Virus record (IMG/VR): IMGVR_UViG_3300037483_000592
DNA: 48,041 nt
Direction: 5' to 3' (one strand)
Source: a virus
Part shown: positions 44,826 through 48,041 of the stretch, one piece after another
How positions within the stretch are numbered: the first letter of the stretch is position 1
Layout: each line of letters opens with the position of its first letter
Position numbers and translations under genes: made by a program
Notes under the pieces: model-generated
Seen by the model: the letters and a program-made list of their open reading frames with translations, nothing else
The model's database searches: none
What the model was told of the DNA's origin: nothing

Positions 44826-47800
44826 TACTTCTTCTCCTCCGGCCAGCCGAGAAGCGCCCGGACGTCGCCCGTGCGAATGGCCTTGATTGCTCTCCGGGGC
44901 CCGGCATACGGCAGGCCCATCGCGAAGGAAAGAGTCTCCAGCATGTTCTTGAGCGCCGTGTCCCAGTCGCCTTCCGTGACCTGCTTGAAGGTCTCGGTGG
45001 CCGCGGATACCGCCGGCACCAGCTTCACCCCACCGCTCTGGAAGCGCTTGTCCGAGAGGATGGAGAAAACGTCATTCCCCACGATCGGCCAACTCTCCAC
45101 GAACTCGCTGGCCAGGCCCAGCAGCAGCCGCTTGCGCTTCTTCTCTTCGTCGTCCCCCTGCAGGGCCCCGGAGGCCAGGGCGATGAACATGCCGGCCATG
45201 GCGATCGAGGTTACGTCGGCCATGGCCCGCAGGAACTCCTTGCGCCGCAGGGCCAGTGGCACGTCGAAGCTCAGGCGGTTCCAGATGGCGTTGAGCTCGG
45301 AGGTGAACATGGTGAACCACTTGGCCAGCTCCCCCATCCGGTAGATCTGCGCCATGTCCTGCACCCTAGCGGAGGGCTGGGACCGCAGGGTGGCCTCATC
45401 GGCGGCCTCGATGGCCTTCAGCTCGTCGCCATCCGTCTCCCGCAGGATCTTGTCGTACACCGCCTTCCAGCCGATCGAAACGGTGGTGATGTCCATGATT
45501 TCCAGGCCCTTCATGCCCCACCGGCCGATCTTGCCGACGATGTTGTTGTACAGGCCCACGTTGGTGCGCTTCAGGTTCTCCAGCTCCTCGCTGATCTGGC
45601 GGTTGCGGACCAGCTCGCTGCGCGCCCTCACGAACTCCACCAGGGTGTTGCTGAAGATGTGCCCTCCGGCGATTGCCTTCACCTGGCCGGCGGCGAATTG
45701 CGCCGTCGCGGAGAGCAGGTATACCGGCGCCAGAGGCCCCAGGTCCGCCATGTAACCCAGCGAGCCCACCGCCTGCTTGGCCATGGAGAGCAGATTGAAT
45801 CCCAGCCAGGCGATCGTTGCGTGCGCGCGGCCCATGCGCGAGAGCCTTTCCAGCCCGCTCATGCTCACGTAGGCTTCGGCCTGCGCCAGGTCGTTGATGT
45901 ACTTGGAGAGCCAGTGGTTGAGCTCCGGCCCGTATTTCTGGGTAATGGCCTCCCGGACCTGGTCGCTTTCCAGGCTCCTGTGCATTTCCTTGATGATGGT
46001 GTCCTGGTGGATGAATCCCTCCTGGATCTTCACCCCCTCGACCCACAGATTGATCAGGTCGGTGCGGATGGGCTTCTGGTGAACGTCGGCGATATCAATG
46101 CGTTCATGGGTCGGGCCCCGGGCGATGTACTGCCTGCGCAACCCGGCCCGGCCGGTGAGCTCGGCGGCTACTTCATCCTGTCGGGTTTCGAAGCTGATCT
46201 CCTTCCGGCGCATGGGCACGTAGTGCGACTCCCCGGGCAGATCCTCGTTGAAGATGTCGATATACGCATCCCGCAGCCGGGGAAAGTTGCGCTCGAAGTC
46301 CTCGGCGATGGTGTCGGCCAGCGCGCGCTCTTTCTCCGTGAGCTTGCCGATCCCCTTGAGAACCACGGTCAGCGGTAGGTTGTTGCCTCGCGGCAGGCCC
46401 TCCGGAGAGGTCACCAGCGCGGCAAAAGTGCGCTGGTTCTGGATCCCGATGTGCCAGTACATGACCTCCTGCAGCGTCGGCAGCTTCCCGTTGGTGTAGC
46501 GGAAGCCGTCGATGTCGAAGTCCCGCCCTACCCATTCGAGGCCCTTCTTCGCGCTCACCTGGTCGAAGCTGAAGCCCAGCTCCTTGGCCTTGTTGACGAC
46601 CTTTTCCATGCGCACGCGCACGGCCTTCTTGTAGGCCCCCCAGGCCTCGTTGACGCGCTTCTGGCCCAACTCGCTGAAGGCGCCTTTCTCCTGGCCGGCG
46701 AACACGCCATCCAGAAGCGCCAGCACGCGGTTGGGCTTCCAGCTGGAGATCAGGCCCTTGAGCAGCAGCGGCGTGGGCTTCACGCCACCCACCGGCTTTT
46801 CGGGCTCCTCGCCCCGGAGGACCGCGGCGGAAAGGCGGTTCTTCAACTCAGCGCGCTGCCGGAACTTCGCCTGCACCTCCAGGAAGCGCATCAGGGAACC
46901 GGTCCGGCGCAGGCCGTCCAGGATCTCGGCGACTCGCTCGAGCTCCGCCATGGTCATTTTCGACAGGGGCACCGAGTAGATCCGGTCCAGCTCCTCCTTT
47001 CTCATCAGGGCGGCGGCCTCCGGATGCTCATCGAAGAACTTGCGCCACTGTTCCCGGGAGTAGACGGTCTGCTTCTGGCGCTTCACCGGATCCAGGCCGC
47101 GCTGGATCTCTCGGATCTGCTCGGCATAGCCGCGGAACTGGATCCCCCGGCCCGGCGGCCGCATGATGTCCTTGAGCAGCTTCTTGCGGGCGTCCCGGAG
47201 CTTCTTGGCGGCCCGGCGCTGGGCGGCGGCCTTGCGCATGCCCTCCTTGGTCCGGGCCACCGCGGCCTTCTTCTCCGCGTAGAACTTCACCCGGCTGGCC
47301 TTCCGCTCGGCCTTGGCCTTTTCCTCATCGATCAGCTTCTGGATCTCCCGGCCGAACACGATCCCTTCCGTATAGGCCTGGGCTTCCTCAACTGGGGCCT
47401 CTTTCGCGAGGATCCGCTTCCAGGCGCCCTGCTCCTGCATGATCAGGGCGACGTGGGCGTTGCCGGCCAGGGCGTTGCGCAACCTGGTCCGCAGGGACTT
47501 GATCCGGCGCTCGATGGCCTCCAGCTGCTCCTGCTTGCCGGTTTTCTGCTCCCGCTCGGCCATCGCGGTCTCCAGCTCCTCGCCGGCCTTGACCGCGACC
47601 TGCTCTTCGGCGGTGAGACTGCCCAGCACTTCCTCCGCGGCTTCGACCTGCTCCTTGGCGGTAGTCTCTACCTCTGCCGTCAAGCCCAGCGCATCGAGGG
47701 CCAATTCCTCGATTTCGGCTTCGGTGAGGTCGCCGGTGACGGCCTTGGCGGCGAGCTCCGGATTCTCGATGTCCTTGGCCGCCTCTACCTTCGCCTGGTA

Positions 47801-48041
47801 GTCGTAGGTCGGCGCGCTGGGAAGCACAGGGCTCTGGATCGGCACGGTGGCCGGGGCTGGCGGCTCCGGCTTGTGGGCTTCCTCCCAGACCTCTTCGTAG
47901 AATCGCTGGGCCTTCTCGCCGGCCAGGTCGGCGTCCCCGGGCTCCCCGTACTTCCCCTCGATGTCCGCGCGGAAGGCCTCCGCGCTCTCGAAGCCCTTGG
48001 CCAGCTCCACATATTGCTGGTAGATCTCCGCGTCAACGGCG
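44825..48041 (-). CDS. C-terminal part of the same giant ORF (the track's 1061-aa ORF begins at an internal GTG, not a true start)
   Basis: Codons upstream of 48010 stay open to the window edge (...AVDAEIYQQY-VELAKGF...). This sequence is the duplicate of nt 1-127, where the frame continues. The C-terminal region has hydrophobic helices (HATIAWLGFNLLSMAKQAVGSLGYM, VTSIAMAGMFIALASGAL). Confidence 0.85.
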   Translation of the reverse strand, partial: AVDAEIYQQYVELAKGFESAEAFRADIEGKYGEPGDADLAGEKAQRFYEEVWEEAHKPEPPAPATVPIQSPVLPSAPTYDYQAKVEAAKDIENPELAAKAVTGDLTEAEIEELALDALGLTAEVETTAKEQVEAAEEVLGSLTAEEQVAVKAGEELETAMAEREQKTGKQEQLEAIERRIKSLRTRLRNALAGNAHVALIMQEQGAWKRILAKEAPVEEAQAYTEGIVFGREIQKLIDEEKAKAERKASRVKFYAEKKAAVARTKEGMRKAAAQRRAAKKLRDARKKLLKDIMRPPGRGIQFRGYAEQIREIQRGLDPVKRQKQTVYSREQWRKFFDEHPEAAALMRKEELDRIYSVPLSKMTMAELERVAEILDGLRRTGSLMRFLEVQAKFRQRAELKNRLSAAVLRGEEPEKPVGGVKPTPLLLKGLISSWKPNRVLALLDGVFAGQEKGAFSELGQKRVNEAWGAYKKAVRVRMEKVVNKAKELGFSFDQVSAKKGLEWVGRDFDIDGFRYTNGKLPTLQEVMYWHIGIQNQRTFAALVTSPEGLPRGNNLPLTVVLKGIGKLTEKERALADTIAEDFERNFPRLRDAYIDIFNEDLPGESHYVPMRRKEISFETRQDEVAAELTGRAGLRRQYIARGPTHERIDIADVHQKPIRTDLINLWVEGVKIQEGFIHQDTIIKEMHRSLESDQVREAITQKYGPELNHWLSKYINDLAQAEAYVSMSGLERLSRMGRAHATIAWLGFNLLSMAKQAVGSLGYMADLGPLAPVYLLSATAQFAAGQVKAIAGGHIFSNTLVEFVRARSELVRNRQISEELENLKRTNVGLYNNIVGKIGRWGMKGLEIMDITTVSIGWKAVYDKILRETDGDELKAIEAADEATLRSQPSARVQDMAQIYRMGELAKWFTMFTSELNAIWNRLSFDVPLALRRKEFLRAMADVTSIAMAGMFIALASGALQGDDEEKKRKRLLLGLASEFVESWPIVGNDVFSILSDKRFQSGGVKLVPAVSAATETFKQVTEGDWDTALKNMLETLSFAMGLPYAGPRRAIKAIRTGDVRALLGWPEEKK
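47915..48041. repeat. Terminal direct repeat copy 2
   Basis: Identical to nt 1-127. Confidence 0.97.

Larger units (their letters stand above)
1..48041. mobile_element. Complete temperate tailed-phage genome (circularly closed contig, 47,914 unique bp), podovirus-like structural module plus integrase/attP
   Basis: The window contains terminase, portal, scaffold, capsid, tail tubular, lysis, recombination and replication modules. It also has an integrase next to a tRNA-derived attP. The two ends carry an exact 127-nt overlap. Confidence 0.9.

Noticed and set aside
1-48041. CRISPR arrays, rRNA genes, and a diversity-generating retroelement or other reverse transcriptase
   Set aside because: I saw no spacer-repeat periodicity, no rRNA-like segments and no YxDD-type RT ORF. 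The tandem repeats present are coding repeats (propeller blades, EAFG units, GQPNE).

Overview
This window is a complete, circularly closed genome of a GC-rich temperate tailed phage. Nt 1-127 are identical to nt 47915-48041, which leaves 47,914 unique bp. The structural gene order is podovirus-like (T7-type).

Almost all genes lie on the minus strand as one long leftward array, often joined by ATGA/GTGA/TAGTG stop-start overlaps. In order it runs:
- a small RHH gene at 40600;
- a recombination module (ERF annealase, PD-(D/E)XK nuclease, His-Me finger protein);
- a replication initiator with iteron-like repeats inside its own gene;
- a ParB-like / HerA-FtsK-like ATPase / HNH / DNA methyltransferase block;
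- an M15 peptidase lysis-like block;
- DUF5131 and a run of small Cys-rich proteins;
- TerS, a low-GC TM-peptide plus lipoprotein moron, TerL, portal and scaffold;
- a 4.5-kb accessory virion cassette that includes a glycosyltransferase-methyltransferase fusion;
- capsid, decoration protein and tail tubular A;
- a 1121-aa mosaic nozzle/receptor-binding protein;
- internal core proteins, then, through the contig junction, a second lysis cassette ending at 43169.

The only convincing plus-strand genes are the lysogeny block at 40689-43167: an RHH repressor candidate, a 3' fragment of tRNA-Gly(UCC) that is the probable attP, a tyrosine integrase and an HTH protein.

The main hidden feature is a ~2777-aa ORF that crosses the artificial contig ends. 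The ORF track shows only its last 1061 aa. It carries Gly-rich TM segments, an HEXXH motif and a ParB-like domain, which fits an ejected 'polyvalent' internal virion protein.

Most long plus-strand ORFs in the track, and several RG-rich minus-strand ones, are off-frame shadows typical of GC-rich DNA. All functional calls rest on motif recognition by eye; no database search was run.
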